The notes beneath the pieces are model-generated. The model was not told the origin of the DNA. It saw only the letters and a program-made list of their open reading frames with translations, and did not search any database. From the NCBI RefSeq assembly GCF_009914755.1, contig NC_060947.1: 64,000 bases of DNA; one strand, given 5' to 3'. The DNA comes from the human T2T-CHM13v2.0 reference genome, Homo sapiens. Below, one piece after another: positions 46,097 through 63,184 of this stretch (the stretch's first letter is position 1; every line of letters starts with the position of its first letter). The translations under genes and the position numbers were made by a program.

Positions 46097-46299
46097 GAGT
46101 AAAGCATGACTTAAGATTGGAAACTAAACACTCACAGGCAGATCAGAACATTTGTTTTGCCACTCACAGTAACAGTGATGTCATTAAGAGATGAGTATAA
46201 AAGAGCACAATTAACTGCCCAGACTTTTCAAAGCAAGAGGGTTTTCCTCATCCAAGGTGAGCACTGAATGTGAGAATTAAAGGGGCAAGGGGAGGAGGG

Positions 46300-46452
46300 A
46301 AAGGGGAGTGACTGCTTAAAGGACACAGATTTTCTTTTCAGGGTGATGAAAATGTTCCAGAACTAGACAGTGGGGATAGCTGCACAGCCTTGTGAATATA
46401 CACTTTAAAATGGTTACTTTTAGGTTATATGATTTTTATTGGGATTAAAAAA
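46300..46452 (+). mobile_element. L1M 3'-end fragment
   Basis: gagtgactgct..ggtgatgaaaatgttc..gaactaga..cactttaaaatggt. Confidence 0.65.
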
Positions 46453-46629
46453 AGCAAGATCAGCACCATAAACCAGGGCAAGAAAGAAAAAACAAAATAT
46501 TTTTTTTAAAAAAATCAAAAGATACTGCAGTAATAAGCCTCAACTTATACAACAGAACCATCACAGGGAAGAGTAACAAGCACTGAAATAGTTGCAGGAA
46601 GACAACCAGAGCTTGAAAACTCACATCTA

Positions 46630-47023
<394 letters not shown>

Positions 47024-47215
47024 CTATTCCAGAAGTGGAACTCTGCCAAATCACCAACTGGATGAAGAGGGAAATCAGGGGATTTGATCCCTGTTCATTC
47101 AATTTGCTGGCTGCCTGTGTTCATAGCTCAGCCAACAATTGGTGTTGCCTTTATACCACCACCAGTACACTTTTTTTAGTATTATAATGAAAAAACCCTT
47201 GTTTTATCTCCAAAG

Positions 47216-47221
47216 TTTATT
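47216..47221 (-). terminator. MAP7D3: MAP7D3 polyadenylation signal
   Basis: TTTATT on + = AATAAA on -, with a T-rich element downstream on the - strand (~47190-47195). Confidence 0.7.
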
Positions 47222-48159
47222 TTATATAGCACACATTTATATGGAACTGTAACAGTGTTTCAACACAAGACATTTGTGCAGAAAAATAACAGGAACTCTT
47301 TTGTTAGGATGATTGTCTCTGTTTTATACATGAAAGAGCTAGTATATAAAAATAGTTTTTAAACCAAAGGTAACCTTCTCTATTCTATATCAAAAGTACA
47401 ATACTCTGAGTGGCAAAGAACCAGGGAATCTGAAAGAATTACCTCCTTTTACTAATCCAAGACTGGCAGCCAAAAGGAACACTGGCCTGCTTCAGACTAT
47501 TTACGATTCAACACTGAAAACTCATTAGGAGAATTAATCTGCATTTGAATTTTATGGAATCATATACTGTGTGTGCATACATACGTGTATGTACATCTGT
47601 GTGCATTTCTGTGTGCCCATCACACGAACTCACTGGCAGCCAGTGGCTAGAGAAAGGCAAGCAAATTTTGGTTGTATCTCAAGCCTGAGTGTATACTCAA
47701 CGACAGAACTGGAGAGTACAGGCAGAAAAGTACTTTAAACATTTAGAGGAATTAAACATACCCCACGGGACAACAGCCATATACTCCTTTATGTACACAA
47801 TAAAAATAATATATGTTTCTGTAGATAAACACCAATATGCCCTTCAAAAGGAAACACTGACAAGAGCATGAAAGGTGCTGACTGTTCCAAGATGGGGCTT
47901 TACAGGACTCCCAGCATTTCAGGTTATTAGTGCCTGTGTACTCACTGGCACAGATGGGTAGAGTTAAAAATATACATATATCACAGTAAAATACAATTTG
48001 CTGGATTTTGCAACCTTTGGTATTTTTATATTAGAAACAATCTGACAGCTCTTGTGAGCGATCCTGCGGCCCTTGCATAATCTATTATGTTCTCTACAAG
48101 ATCAACTGTGAGTTTTTAGCTGTCAAAATTGTCACTGGTACACAGAAAAAGCATTACTT

Positions 48160-48490
<331 letters not shown>

Positions 48491-49224
48491 TCAAATATAT
48501 ACTGAAAGAGAATTAGTTCTGCAATCAGATTCTTCTAGAAACTCCACAGTTACAGTTTCAGGAAAGCATCCTTGATGCACTCACTCCAGCAAACACATTG
48601 GTGGGACAACACAAGAATGAGAGACAATGATGATTTTCCAAAGAAAACAAAAACCACTCTTTACTTAGAACTCTTGCTTAGACACAAGAGAATAAGATGA
48701 CTTTAACATCTGAGATATACATCAAAGTGGCCTTTTGACAGTTTCTTTCAATTTTTCGGTGTCACTTCCTTTACCAGGTTCAAGTCAGAAGCAGAAAAAT
48801 TTGAGGACTGATGGGCCCAGGAGTTGAGTTATCCAGAGTGGAAGATGTATTCATCTCCCAGGCTGAGTAAGGTTTACATATCTGACCAGAGGGAAAAGTA
48901 AAAGAAAGATCAGTAGAGAAGATGCTAGTCTCACAGCAACTTGTCCCTGGCCTCCCTTCAGGGCACACGCCCAGGACTCTCAGCAGCCCCTCTGGAGTTG
49001 CTGACACACTGGTCCTATAAATGTCCTTCACTTCCCCAGTCCCCAACCAGGCCCAAGGTGCTTCTCAATTTCAAAGAGAACTTCTCAAGGAAAGAAAAAC
49101 AAGAGGCTTCTGGTTTTGGAAACAGGTTGAGGCTTATTCCGAAGACCTCCCTAATCTTCTGCCCTAAGCAACTGTCTGTGTGCTTGCCAAGCAACCAGCA
49201 GACCAGGAGCTCAGAGGAGTCTGA

Positions 49225-50079
<855 letters not shown>

Positions 50080-50563
50080 TAGAATCCCAATTATTCCCAA
50101 ACCAAGGCTCTGGCCTAAAAGAAGCTTTGTCCTTTAATTAACTTCTAAGAAATGCCTTGGAATTAAAAAACATTTCAGAATCATAGAACAGGATGACTGA
50201 AAGGAACCCTAGAGATCACAGGACACACTGATTTTCAAACTGTATTCCAGAAAGCCCTAGGTCCCACGGAAGCACCAGGAGTAGGAGCAGCTAAGCACGC
50301 AGGACTCCAGAAACCATGCCCCTCCCTTACATTGGTCAAGGATGCGGCCAGTGAGGTGTAGTAACAGAATTGGTACAGGTCCTCTAGCTCTAATGCTCCT
50401 TCCACATCATCACACCTCTCAGCAGACTCCTGTTCCTGTGGGCCTTGCAGGTGAATGTCTTCTCAGGCAATTGCCCATGTAGCATTCCTTTCCATGAATC
50501 AGTTCCTGCTCTCCTGACCTAACTTTTGACCTTGTTTCCTTACATTGACAATGAGCATATTAT

Positions 50564-50715
50564 GGCCGGGTGTGGTGGCTTACGCCTGTAATCCCAGCAC
50601 TTTGGGAGGCCGAGGTGGGCAGATCACTTGAGCCAAGGAGGTTCAAGACCAGCCTGGCCAACATGGTGAAACCTCAACTCTTAAAAAAAAAATGAAAAAT
50701 AAAAAAATAATAAAA
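50564..50715 (+). mobile_element. Alu left monomer
   Basis: Left arm followed by A-rich tail; TSD-like aatgag(c/g)atatta. Confidence 0.88.
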
Positions 50716-51152
50716 TGAGGATATTACTGTCACACTCACAGTTGTGATGATAATTGAAATAGGTAATATAAAATGCCTGGTATATAGCAATCACTCAATA
50801 AATGTCTTCTTGCCCAACTTTATGAGATAACATTAACCAATGTGAACAAAAGTAAAGTTTGGAGCCAGATGTATCTGGAATTGAATTTGGGCTCTGCCCT
50901 TTAATAGCAGGATATTGGGCAAATAAAGCCCCTAGCCTCTCTGACCCTCAGTCTCCTTGTCTTTATACATGGGGATGATGATCCTTACCTAGCAAGGCTG
51001 TTGTGGGGATGAGTTTATTTCCGTTAAGTCAAATATGTGACATGGTGTTTGGTACAAACTAAGAGCACAAGAGATCATATTTATCTAGCATTCTAAGATT
51101 GTCAATCATAATCCTGCCAAGTTTATTTAGATAAGCTGGCTAAGTGACTCAC

Positions 51153-51351
51153 CTTGAAACTACTTCCTGTATTGAAGTGTCTTTCATGCTTTTTTGTCTG
51201 AAGTTTTTCAAATCGCCATTAAAATATGTTTTTGGCTCTTTACGGACCTGGCTGGTACCATCTTCTAGAAATACCAGCTTGTGTGTCATTTTCTTGGCAT
51301 TGTTGAACGGCATTTTAAATTTGGTAGGTGAGCCTGTGCCATTTAGAATGG
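51153..51351 (-). CDS. MAP7D3: MAP7D3 exon, (A)ILNGTGSPTKFKMPF...IQEVVS(R)
   Basis: ttttttttcctAG acceptor, AAG|GTGAGT donor; 199 nt, open frame. Confidence 0.92.
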
Positions 51352-51716
51352 CTAGGAAAAAAAATTACACAATTAAATATGGAGTTTCAATAAAGAATTC
51401 AAGAAAAAGTGAAGGCTATGATCCTGATGGGATGGGGAGTGGGTACTGCCTGCCTGAAGGCAGGAAGAGTCAAGCAGCAGTACTCCTGGGAGGCAGGCCC
51501 AGCAGTCACAGAGTTTCCCAAGCCATGTCCCAGGCCACTGCTCAGCACACACACTCACCCTGCCCTTGAGGCACCAAGAGGCTACGTTTAAGGAATCTGT
51601 CCTTTTTCCTTTGCTAGGAAAGAATAATGACCAGAGATAAGACTGCTCCAGATTTTCACCCCTCCCCTGATCACTCACCTAGACAATTCTGTTTGTGCAT
51701 TTCGTCTTACCTCTAA

Positions 51717-52009
<293 letters not shown>

Positions 52010-52549
52010 CTCATCTTACCTCTAATATTACCTTCTATCTTCGGCTTTCCTCAATGCCCTAAGGCAGACTGAGGGGCTCTTACTGCTATGTTCTCATTGT
52101 ATTTTCACCAAACTTCTTTCAACCCAATCATCTTGTGGCAGTATTATGGTTTGCTCATATGTTTGTCTTCCCACTGGCTATGGCTCCTTCAAGCTGAGGC
52201 CATGTCTTTTCACCCCTTCATCCCCAGCACCTAGTAGAGGACCTGACTTTCCTGTTCAACATCCACTGGCAGGAAAAATATGGACAAATAGTGTTTTCTC
52301 AAATGGCAATTACTGCTACTACAAAGTGGTTCCTACTTGTAAGGGAGTCAATGATACATTTGAGAAAGCATTCTTATTATGACATGGTTTCAATTTTTCT
52401 TAATGAAGTGGAAAGTGGAATTCCACCTGTGGTCAACATGGATGCCTTGAGGAGCTGAGCTATGAAATGCTGGCAATCCTCACATTCAACTGAGAAAGAG
52501 CTGCTGTCTACAGTCCATTAGCATGGTCTTTAAAATAATAAGCAGCAGC

Positions 52550-52765
52550 AGCTGATATTTATTGAGAGTTTATGTGTGAGACACTGTTTTTAGCATTACA
52601 TGGATTTACCTCACTGAAATCTCATATCCACTCTAGGAAAAGGACATTAGCTTCCCCTTTTTCAGATGGGAAAAACTCAGCACAGAAAGGTTAAGTGACC
52701 TGCCCAAAGCCACACAGCTCAAAAGCAGAGGAGCCCCTGGATATGAACCTAAGCAGTCTAGCTCC
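52550..52765 (-). mobile_element. MIR
   Basis: ccccttttcagatg..ggttaagtgacctgcccaa.gccacacagct. Confidence 0.7.
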
Positions 52766-52780
52766 TAAATGGTGACTAAC

Positions 52781-52874
52781 CTGATGGAAACATTTCATTC
52801 AATGAGTCCTTGTCGCTTTCTTCGTTGTCAGCCTCAGCCTCTTCATATATGTCATGGCTGGATGTTTCTGTGAC
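52781..52874 (-). CDS. MAP7D3: MAP7D3 exon, VTETSSHDIYEEAEADNEESDKDSLNEMFPS
   Basis: ttttttaatcgtAG acceptor, CAG|GTTAGT donor; 94 nt. Confidence 0.92.
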
Positions 52875-53219
52875 CTACGATTAAAAAAGGAAATCTTGAT
52901 TATGCCTAATATTCAATCATCCTGGTTTAGAATTTCAACAAAGTCTGACTTCAAAGCTGGACTGATGGCTAATTTTTGTCATTTCAACGAAAAGGTAAAA
53001 AAATATAACCTCTTTTAACTGGCCCCAAGAATCTACGGGGGATAGGGACAGGTGCCCGTAGCTGCGTCTTTTAGCTAGGAAGACATTCAAGAATGAAAGA
53101 TTTCCCTGGGCAGGAGCCAAGGGAATATAACTTTGGGTTGGCATTTGTTCTCTGCCTGCTCAGAACCTTAACTAAGGCGGGATGGGACTAGTCAGTGAAT
53201 AGCTAAAAAGTTTTTGACT

Positions 53220-53542
<323 letters not shown>

Positions 53543-54146
53543 TGAGGGAAAACTCCCAATGAGTTGAATGAACTTTGACATGATGACTCCCAGCGCTTTT
53601 TGAAAATGGCATTTCTACTCTAAATTCTCATGTCATTTAATGCAAATGACCACAACTGGGTAATTACAAACAGACAAAATATCAGTCTTGTAGCATAGAA
53701 TGTAAAAAGCACAGAATCTGGAGGAAAAAGGCCTTGAATACATGTGCTCCATCAAAAGACATGACATTGGGGTAAGCAAATAATGATGAAACAGACCACA
53801 AAGACACTCACCATAAGGGAAAAAATGATAAATTTGAACTTGTTAAAATGAAGAACTTCTGTCTGGTTCATCAATAGACATTAGGAGAGTGTGAGGCAAA
53901 CTATGGCATGGAAGAAGATACCTGCAATATATATATCCAAAGGACTCCTAACCAGTGTAGGTAAAAATACCTACAATTCAATCAGAAAAAGGCAGGTGAC
54001 AAAATAGGAAAATGGGCAAATGACTTGAAAAGGTACTTCACCAAAGCAAATCTCCAACAGGCCACTAAGCATTTATGAAAAGGTGCCTAACTTCATTAGT
54101 CATCAGAAAATACTGGTAAATTCAAGAACATTAAAATCAGAATGCA

Positions 54147-54465
<319 letters not shown>

Positions 54466-54506
54466 GCTTCTATCCAGAAGAAGACAACATTAAGAAAAGA
54501 TAAACT

Positions 54507-54837
<331 letters not shown>

Positions 54838-55214
54838 TTATCCTGATTTGATCATTACACATTGTATACAAAAAAAAAAAAGAAAAAAAGAAAAAGAAAA
54901 GATAAGCTGTAAACTGGGAGAAGGTATCTGCAACACATAACCAAAAAAGAAGCAGTATCTATAACATTTAAAGAACTACAATGAGACAAATCAACCCAAA
55001 AGTCTTGGGCAAAAGATAAAAAAAAACATTTCACACAAAAGAAATATGAGAGCTAACTAAAGATATGAAAACATGGTCAACCTTGTTGATAATCAGGGAA
55101 ATGCAAATGTAATACTTTATTTCATTACCACCAGATTGGGTAAAGTGAAAAACTCGGCAATAATGTGAAACAAGAGGCATTCTTATACACTGCTGGTAGG
55201 AGTATGGAGACTAC

Positions 55215-55268
55215 CTTTGAGGCATTCACATCTGTCTTTCTTGTCCGCTTCATAATTTCTTCTATTCT
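55215..55268 (-). CDS. MAP7D3: MAP7D3 exon, RIEEIMKRTRKTDVNASK (MAP7-family motif)
   Basis: The RKKRIEEIMKRTR signature of the MAP7 domain spans this junction; AG/GT boundaries; 54 nt. Confidence 0.95.
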
Positions 55269-56296
55269 CTATTTAAAAGAAAATAAAAATTCAAACATGA
55301 AAACAGATTAGAAACCAAACAGTTGTCCTAAAGGAGTTGATTATCCCCATTTCACAGAGGTGCACAATGGCAGTGATTGCTCCAAAACCACAAATATTAC
55401 CAACAAAAGGCTTACGGTGGCAGTTGAGTCCCCTATCCCAATCCCAGTTTCAGCTATAAAATGCCCTGAATGATGACCGCTGTATTTGTTATAACACAAA
55501 CATTCAAATGACAACATCTCACTCCTAATTTTGCATATGCAGAAATTCATTAGACTAAGCATATATTATTGCGAACCAATTAGAGCTTTTAACATAATTT
55601 TAGTCTTTAGTCTTCAGCTGATTCCTGAAGCCAATGTTAATGAAAATAATACACCTCAATGATGCCACACTGTTTTGTGTTAATGAAGAGAGAAGATAGG
55701 AGGTGGAGGAGAAATATATTTCTAGGGAAGGACAGGAATTCTCTCTCCTGTGCACACTTCTTTCCCTGCAGTGAGGAGAGTTGCAGCTCCCTGGCCCCCT
55801 CAAGGTGACCAATCTACTACCAGATAGGCCTTGCAGCAACTCAGCCTGGACCAGGGCTGCAGATGAGCTCACATGTGGCCCTACCTTAAAAATAGCCTGC
55901 ACCTTGGCCTCTCAAAGAGGCCTACAGTTTGTGCTTCTCCCCATGTAGTTGCTGCAATTTCCAGCCAGTTTAGAAGAAAGTCTTAACTTCTACCAACCCC
56001 TACCATGACTGGAGTCCTTCTGCTCAGAGAAGTTTTGTTACCAGAGGTTTGATATAGTGAGGCATCACTGTAATGGCCAATGGCCACCAAGGGTCCATGA
56101 GAGGGAGGCATGATCAGTAAGAGGACAGCCCTCTATGTAGGAGAAGTCAGATCCTTGGATAAGGAAGAGAATCGAGTGGGAAAACCACCAGGAACTAGCA
56201 TATATCAGATTTGTGATTTTTAAAAACATGCTGATATCAGGTGCCCAACATTGTTTTAAACACAGAATCAAGTCCCCCCAAACAGAGAGCGAGTAC

Positions 56297-56401
56297 CTTT
56301 TTCCTTTCTAACCGTTCTTGTAAATTTTGTAACATAATTCTCTCGTGTTCTTTCTTGCGTTTGTCAGCTTCCTCTTGAGCTTTTATTTTGGCGTCCCCTT
56401 T
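56297..56401 (-). CDS. MAP7D3: MAP7D3 exon, KGDAKIKAQEEADKRKKEHERIMLQNLQERLERKK
   Basis: atttcctAG acceptor, AAG|GTACTC donor; 105 nt; coiled-coil MAP7 domain. Confidence 0.95.
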
Positions 56402-57234
56402 CTAGGAAATTTGCATAAAAATATCATTCAATCTCAAGATACCTGAGTGACATCAGAGAACTCTAGTTTAAAAATTTCAATGGTAAATGTTATCTAGTAT
56501 AACAAAAGAGTGTAACCTTTTGAATGAGGGTTCCTATATCATGATATTTGCGGATTGTCAATTTTCAAAGCACTAGTTAGAATGCACAAAGCTAGGCTAA
56601 ATGTTATCCTGAGGATTCAGGACCACAGGGTCATTGTTATGAACATCACACCATCCTAATTCAAAGTATGTGACTGTGGAGCTATCCATTAACACAGTAA
56701 CAGGAGCCAACAGCCTGACATTTCTCAAAAGCACTGAGAGGATTCTTGAAGGCACCCTCCTGAGAAATGCAAGCATAAACAATCATATATAAAACATATG
56801 ACCAATGCTGGTGAATAATACACTAAAAACTGGAAATATAAATTGGGCTATGGTAATAATTCAAACTGAGTATAGTCTGAGCTCAGTTTGGGCATTTATT
56901 TACCCAGTGACTTGACTTTAGATAGATGAGACATTCTTCAGTTAATGATTTTAAACTTGTAGAAGTATGTATGGTTTATCTTATCTGTTACAGGGGTGTA
57001 AGGTCCAGTTGATGGAGTTGTATATGGTACCACAGAATGCAAGATGGGGGAAACCAATGTAGGATGTGGAATCTGTTAAAGCAATTTGGATTTCAAATTA
57101 AGGACTACTAATCTACAATTTGCTGTTTTCTGCTTATTTCACTAGGAAAACATTCTATGGTTTTCTGAGGGTGGCTGACAATGACCTGCAGTGGTACTGG
57201 GTAATAGAGACTGTAACATAAAAATGCAGCCAGA

Positions 57235-57639
<405 letters not shown>

Positions 57640-57671
57640 TCATCCCCTGATAAAGTGTCAAGTCAGCAAAC

Positions 57672-57819
57672 CTGCAGTGGTGCTTCCTGGTCTTCCTGAT
57701 CCAGCCATCCTTTCTTCTTTTTAGTCTCATTTTGTTGCTGCCCATCTTTGAGTTTCAAGTGGTCTTCTGCTTGGCCTCCAACTGCTTCCTTTGCCATGTC
57801 TTTTGATTTCTTAATGACC
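57672..57819 (-). CDS. MAP7D3: MAP7D3 exon, (R)VIKKSKDMAKEAVGG...DQEAPLQ
   Basis: tactctcAG acceptor, CAG|GTTTGC donor; 148 nt; lies within ORF 57663-57866. Confidence 0.93.
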
Positions 57820-59010
57820 CTGAGAGTATTTAAATAATTGTTAGTATTTATCTTGATTGCTATCATACTCAGCTTGCACTAGTGAGTTTTTATAGTGAAA
57901 CTTCCTGTGTATAGTAATATAATTTATATCCACACCAGAGTCACTACATCTTCTGTGTTGTTACTATATAGGAATTACACAATTCCACCCCTTTTTAAAG
58001 AGAAAAACTAGCCCTCGGGAGCAGAAAAATATTTCAATCAAGTAATAGATTACTTTGCTTGTTAAAAAACACACATACGTGAGAGGAACTCATTCCTTAA
58101 CTGTCTTTGAGACATGACATCCCCTAAAAGGCCTTCTTTACACGTGCTCACACCCAATCTCTCGTGGGGGTAACAGAGATAATTTAGAGGAGAGTCTGGT
58201 GGTTCCCTAGTATTCAGCACTTTCAAATGCTAAATCAGCTCTGTTTATATGAAGCGATGAATAATATTCTTCAAGTTAGAGGTTTTTTTTGTAATTCATA
58301 ATATTCCCTTCTTTTTCCCAAGCCCATATAAGCATATGGAAAATGTGTGATTATTTCAAATAACACTAAATACTTAAAAGCAAATTCAGTACTGTTGTTA
58401 TTCCCTGCAGCCAGTGGACAGAGGTTTACATTATAAGGCCCGACATAAAATAGTCCTCAAGATGGAGGAACAAGAAACCTTTGCTAGAATTTGAATGCAC
58501 ACAACTGTACATGAGATTTGCTGCCCACAAAGGAAATCCTTCTAGCAATGACTCACTGGCCTGATGAGACACAGGTGTCACAAAGATCACAGGAAAAGTA
58601 AAACATGAGTAAGTATAATTTTCAGGTTTAAAAATCCTGATGTTACAAGTCTTTTAAATAAAGGGCTGACACTAGTGAACACGAACTGATCTGTTCTTAT
58701 ATACCACTCTGGTGCTGAGAGATCAAATCCTGAATGTGAGTTTGGTCTCTGTGCATCCTCCTAGCACACCTTAATGGCACATGATGTATGGAGGCTAAAA
58801 AGGACTGTGCCATTTATCCACATACCAGGGTCCTTAGCCATTTACAAGGGCTTGAAATGCTTCCTATGCAGGCAATGAGGCACTTCTGATCCTCACTGAA
58901 GAAAGTCAATTGTTCTTTGAGAATTTATAACTTGAGGGTAAAATTTTGACTTTCAAAAATTTGGGCCCCACTCAAGATTTATAGTATAGGAAGGAAGACT
59001 TTGTGCTGAC

Positions 59011-59146
59011 CTTCGCTGCATTTCTTCCCGTTGTCTTTCTTCTTCCTCTTTTTCTCTTTGTTCACGAGCAAGGCGGCGCAATTCTGTCAAAATTTTTGTT
59101 GCCGCCTCGGCATTCATAATACCTGCAGTACTCTTATTACCAGACT
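59011..59146 (-). CDS. MAP7D3: MAP7D3 exon, (E)SGNKSTAGIMNAEAATKILTELRRLAREQREKEEEERQREEMQR
   Basis: Start of the MAP7 domain (AG..AEAA.KIL.E.RRLAREQRE); AG/GT boundaries; 136 nt. Confidence 0.95.
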
Positions 59147-59988
59147 CTAGTTTAAATAAATATGTGCAACAGTTAAGAGAGCTAATCAACTCTCACTCCA
59201 ACAAAGAAGTGCAACACAATCCAAAACATTAAAATATATATATATGTGCGTAGTCCAAAATTTATAAATCACAAGCAAACTATAGGTGATTATCTAACAG
59301 ATTTTGTTCAAACTGCACCCCCAACAACAGCAGAAGCATTTTGTTTCTTTTTAACACCTACTTGTTCCAAAATGAAATAATGTACTTCTACTTTCGTTTT
59401 AGTGGTTTTGAGATAACTGAATCAACTGACCCCATGGGAAAAGAGTAAGAAATACTGAATATAGAGGAAGACAAGCTTATGCTCGGTCCAAACAAAGGGT
59501 ACAAATATCTTAAATACTCAAACAAATATGTATCTGGTATACATTTGAGATCTGTGCATCATTTTTACTATATGATTACTATTTAGCTAAACCTTGATAA
59601 TAGTGTATACATTTAGTTGATCATAGAGTAGCTAACTGTAGATAACAAAACCAAGACTATCAGTAAAATAAGGTGAGTACACAGAGGCATATTATGATAT
59701 TTTGGTCTATATAACTACTAATTTATTTTAAATAAATCATATGAAAATGAGAAGACATATCAGGAATGAATAATCTGTAATTAAAAGATTGTTTCTGTTA
59801 CAAAAAATTCACTGTGGAATTCCGTAAAAGAGCAAAATTCCCCAGTGTGTTTTTGAAATTAAGTAATGTCCATGGGTATTAAGAATGCACGTAACAGGCA
59901 AAATAGCAATATGGCACTTTCAGGAATACTACACAAATCAAGGGACACCACATTATGGCCTATATATAAAAACGAACCTAAATCTTAG

Positions 59989-60666
<678 letters not shown>

Positions 60667-60767
60667 TAAAGTTCTCTCAATTGGGGAATAAAATGAAGTG
60701 AACCTTTCCCAGAATACAGTAAGATTTTCTGTGTTGCTAAGATAAACTTCTTAGTGAAAGAACTTAC

Positions 60768-60976
60768 CTTCATAGATCATATGCCTTTGGCTCAAAGCCT
60801 CACATCTGTTAGTGGTTTTAGAAACTGTTTCTTTTTTCTTTTTGACAGTACTTGATGCACTTTGCACAGACAGGGTGTGTTGAATAGGCATTATTTTATA
60901 AGGAAAAGAAGTCTGTGGTGACTGTTTTGAAATAAGTGGTAATGGTGATGGAGGGCAGTTCTTTTGGATTTGCCTG
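60768..60976 (-). CDS. MAP7D3: MAP7D3 exon, (N)RQIQKNCPPSPLPLISK...SQRHMIYE
   Basis: tttttctcAG|CAG acceptor, AAG|GTAAGT donor; 209 nt, open frame. Confidence 0.92.
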
Positions 60977-61221
60977 CTGAGAAAAAGTAATACACATTTG
61001 CTAATTAATTTTCAGTGTACAATTTCATAAAATATAAGATGCTATTATGAGATGACATTATAATCAGGGAATTTTTCTGAAAAATAAATCCCTTTTTACA
61101 GGCTTTTTTCCCTTTACATTTGTGTTACCATGCATACTATATTATTTCACTCATCAAACATTGACATGGAATTTGTTCTAGTAAAACGCCTATCAGGAAC
61201 AGTTGCGAATAAGCTGCTTAC

Positions 61222-61349
61222 TTAGTGCTGATGGGAGACGGCAGACCACAAGCATTTGCAGGAGATGATGACCATTTATAACACTCAGTGTATGATGATA
61301 GACGCTTCTTGGCAATAGGGATTAAGGCCTGTTTGTCCATTTCTGATTT
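61222..61349 (-). CDS. MAP7D3: MAP7D3 exon, KSEMDKQALIPIAKKRLSSYTECYKWSSSPANACGLPSPIST
   Basis: tctgttcAG acceptor, TAA|GTAAGC donor; 128 nt. Confidence 0.92.
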
Positions 61350-61926
61350 CTGAACAGATAAACACAGTATGGTAAATTACTAACAAACAATTCTTTTACT
61401 GCAGCTGGCTTTTTTTTTTTTTTTGAAGAGAAAAACATTCTGAATAAAACACAATTAGAATTCTTTAAACTGCAATTTTCTTTTAGAGTATGAGAATCAG
61501 GACATTGATATTTGCTTCTGGACTAACAATTTACATTACACAATTCCAGGAGATCACAGAAATAACAGGTTTAAAAGAAATATTATCCTTCAAAACCAAA
61601 CTCAATTTCCAAATCCTAACTCAGGGTTTAAAACATTTCTCAAAAAACATTTCTTCAGAGTTTAGAAACAGAGTTCATATAAACTTACATTTTCTCCCTT
61701 CTAATAAAAACTCACTAATATTTCAGCTTTGGAGGAAAAGTGGTACAATGAACATCAGAGAATTTTAAATTCCTAGTTTAAGTGAGTTAACCTATTTTAT
61801 TAATTATATTGCAGAATATTGTAAATAATATGCTGGTTATGTTGTAAAATCTGACCTATCGTGAACTATACAACAAAATATACATATTTTAATAGAAAAT
61901 TTGTCAATAACAGGCACTTGACAAAC

Positions 61927-62603
61927 CTTTGGAGCGTCTCTCGCTTTTGCCTTGGGAGATGCTTCCATGCTTGCTTCAAGGGATGTCTTGGGGGATGCTT
62001 TCACCATCGCCTCAGGAGATGCCTCCATGCTCTCCTTGGGTGACCCTTTCACACTCTCCTTGGGGGCTACTTCTGCGCTCCCCTTGGGAGGTGCTTCCAG
62101 GCTCCCCTCTGGGGCTGCTTCCACGCTCACCTCTGGCAGTGCTTCCAGACTCACTTCCGGGGGTGCTTCCAGGCTCGCCTCCGGGGATGCTACTATGCTC
62201 ACCTTGGGAACTGTTTCCAGGTCCACCTTCGGGAGTGCTTCTATGCTCAACTCGGGGGATGCGTCCATGCTCATCTCAGAATCATATGTGCTCACCACAG
62301 GCGACACGTCCACGCTCACCACAGGGAATGAGTCCGTGCTCACCTCAGGGGCCATGCCCACACCTGCCTTGGGGGACGCTTCCATGCTTGTGTTGCAGAA
62401 TACTTCCACATTCACCTGGGGGGGTGCATCCACACTTGCCTTGGGAGGTGTCTCTACTTTCTCCAAGGGAGACTCTTCTACTTTTGTTTGAGGAGGTATT
62501 TTCATTGTCGACATGGGAAACATAACAGCCCTCAATTCGTCGCTAGTACATTTACGCAAGGGTACAGTGACATACTGCATTACATAATTGGTGACGCCTG
62601 TAA
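61927..62603 (-). CDS. MAP7D3: MAP7D3 large exon with degenerate 8-aa repeats (S-x-E-A-x-P-[EK]-x)
   Basis: Within ORF 61837-62733; acceptor cattcAG, donor AAG|GTTTGT; 677 nt. All downstream exon phases chain to the stop at 49818. Confidence 0.93.
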
Positions 62604-63184
62604 CTGAATGAGGACAGAGCATGAAATTCCCTAAGTTAGAAATCTGACAAGAAAAGGATGCACCAGGTACACAGTATAAGAACAGGAACACAGAAAAGAG
62701 ATTGTTTATTAGGAAAGCACAGGGATTACACACAACACAGGAAATGCTTAGTGAAATGGATGACAGACACAGGACAGAACTATCACAAAGTCACTACTTC
62801 GGAAGCAACATTAACAACAGTCGTTGTAAAGGCAATAGTCTATTACAGATGAAAATAAGATGCTTCTCCAAAGTTGATGTTTGCAATAAGCTGTTTCTAT
62901 TTTAATCATACTATATTTCAGAATAATTTTCACAAAAAATTACAAGATCTTCAACCCTTTCTAAAAGTAATCTAAACATCTTCGCCAGGGCTAGAGATCT
63001 TACCATTATAGGTGATTATGTAAGATACTCCATATTTTAATGTTTTAGAATAGAATGTAAGAAAGAGCATTTTCTCACCCATACTAAAAACTTAATAAGA
63101 CATTAATCAGAGTGGGTTGGATCTCCAAGGTCCTTTCCACCTTTAACAATCTAATTTTATTTTTCCTATGAAACGGACGAAAAT

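Noticed and set aside
61929-62525. Two long + strand ORFs (198 and 179 aa)
   Set aside because: Shadows of the 24-nt repeat in the MAP7D3 exon, whose unit lacks stops on the opposite strand.
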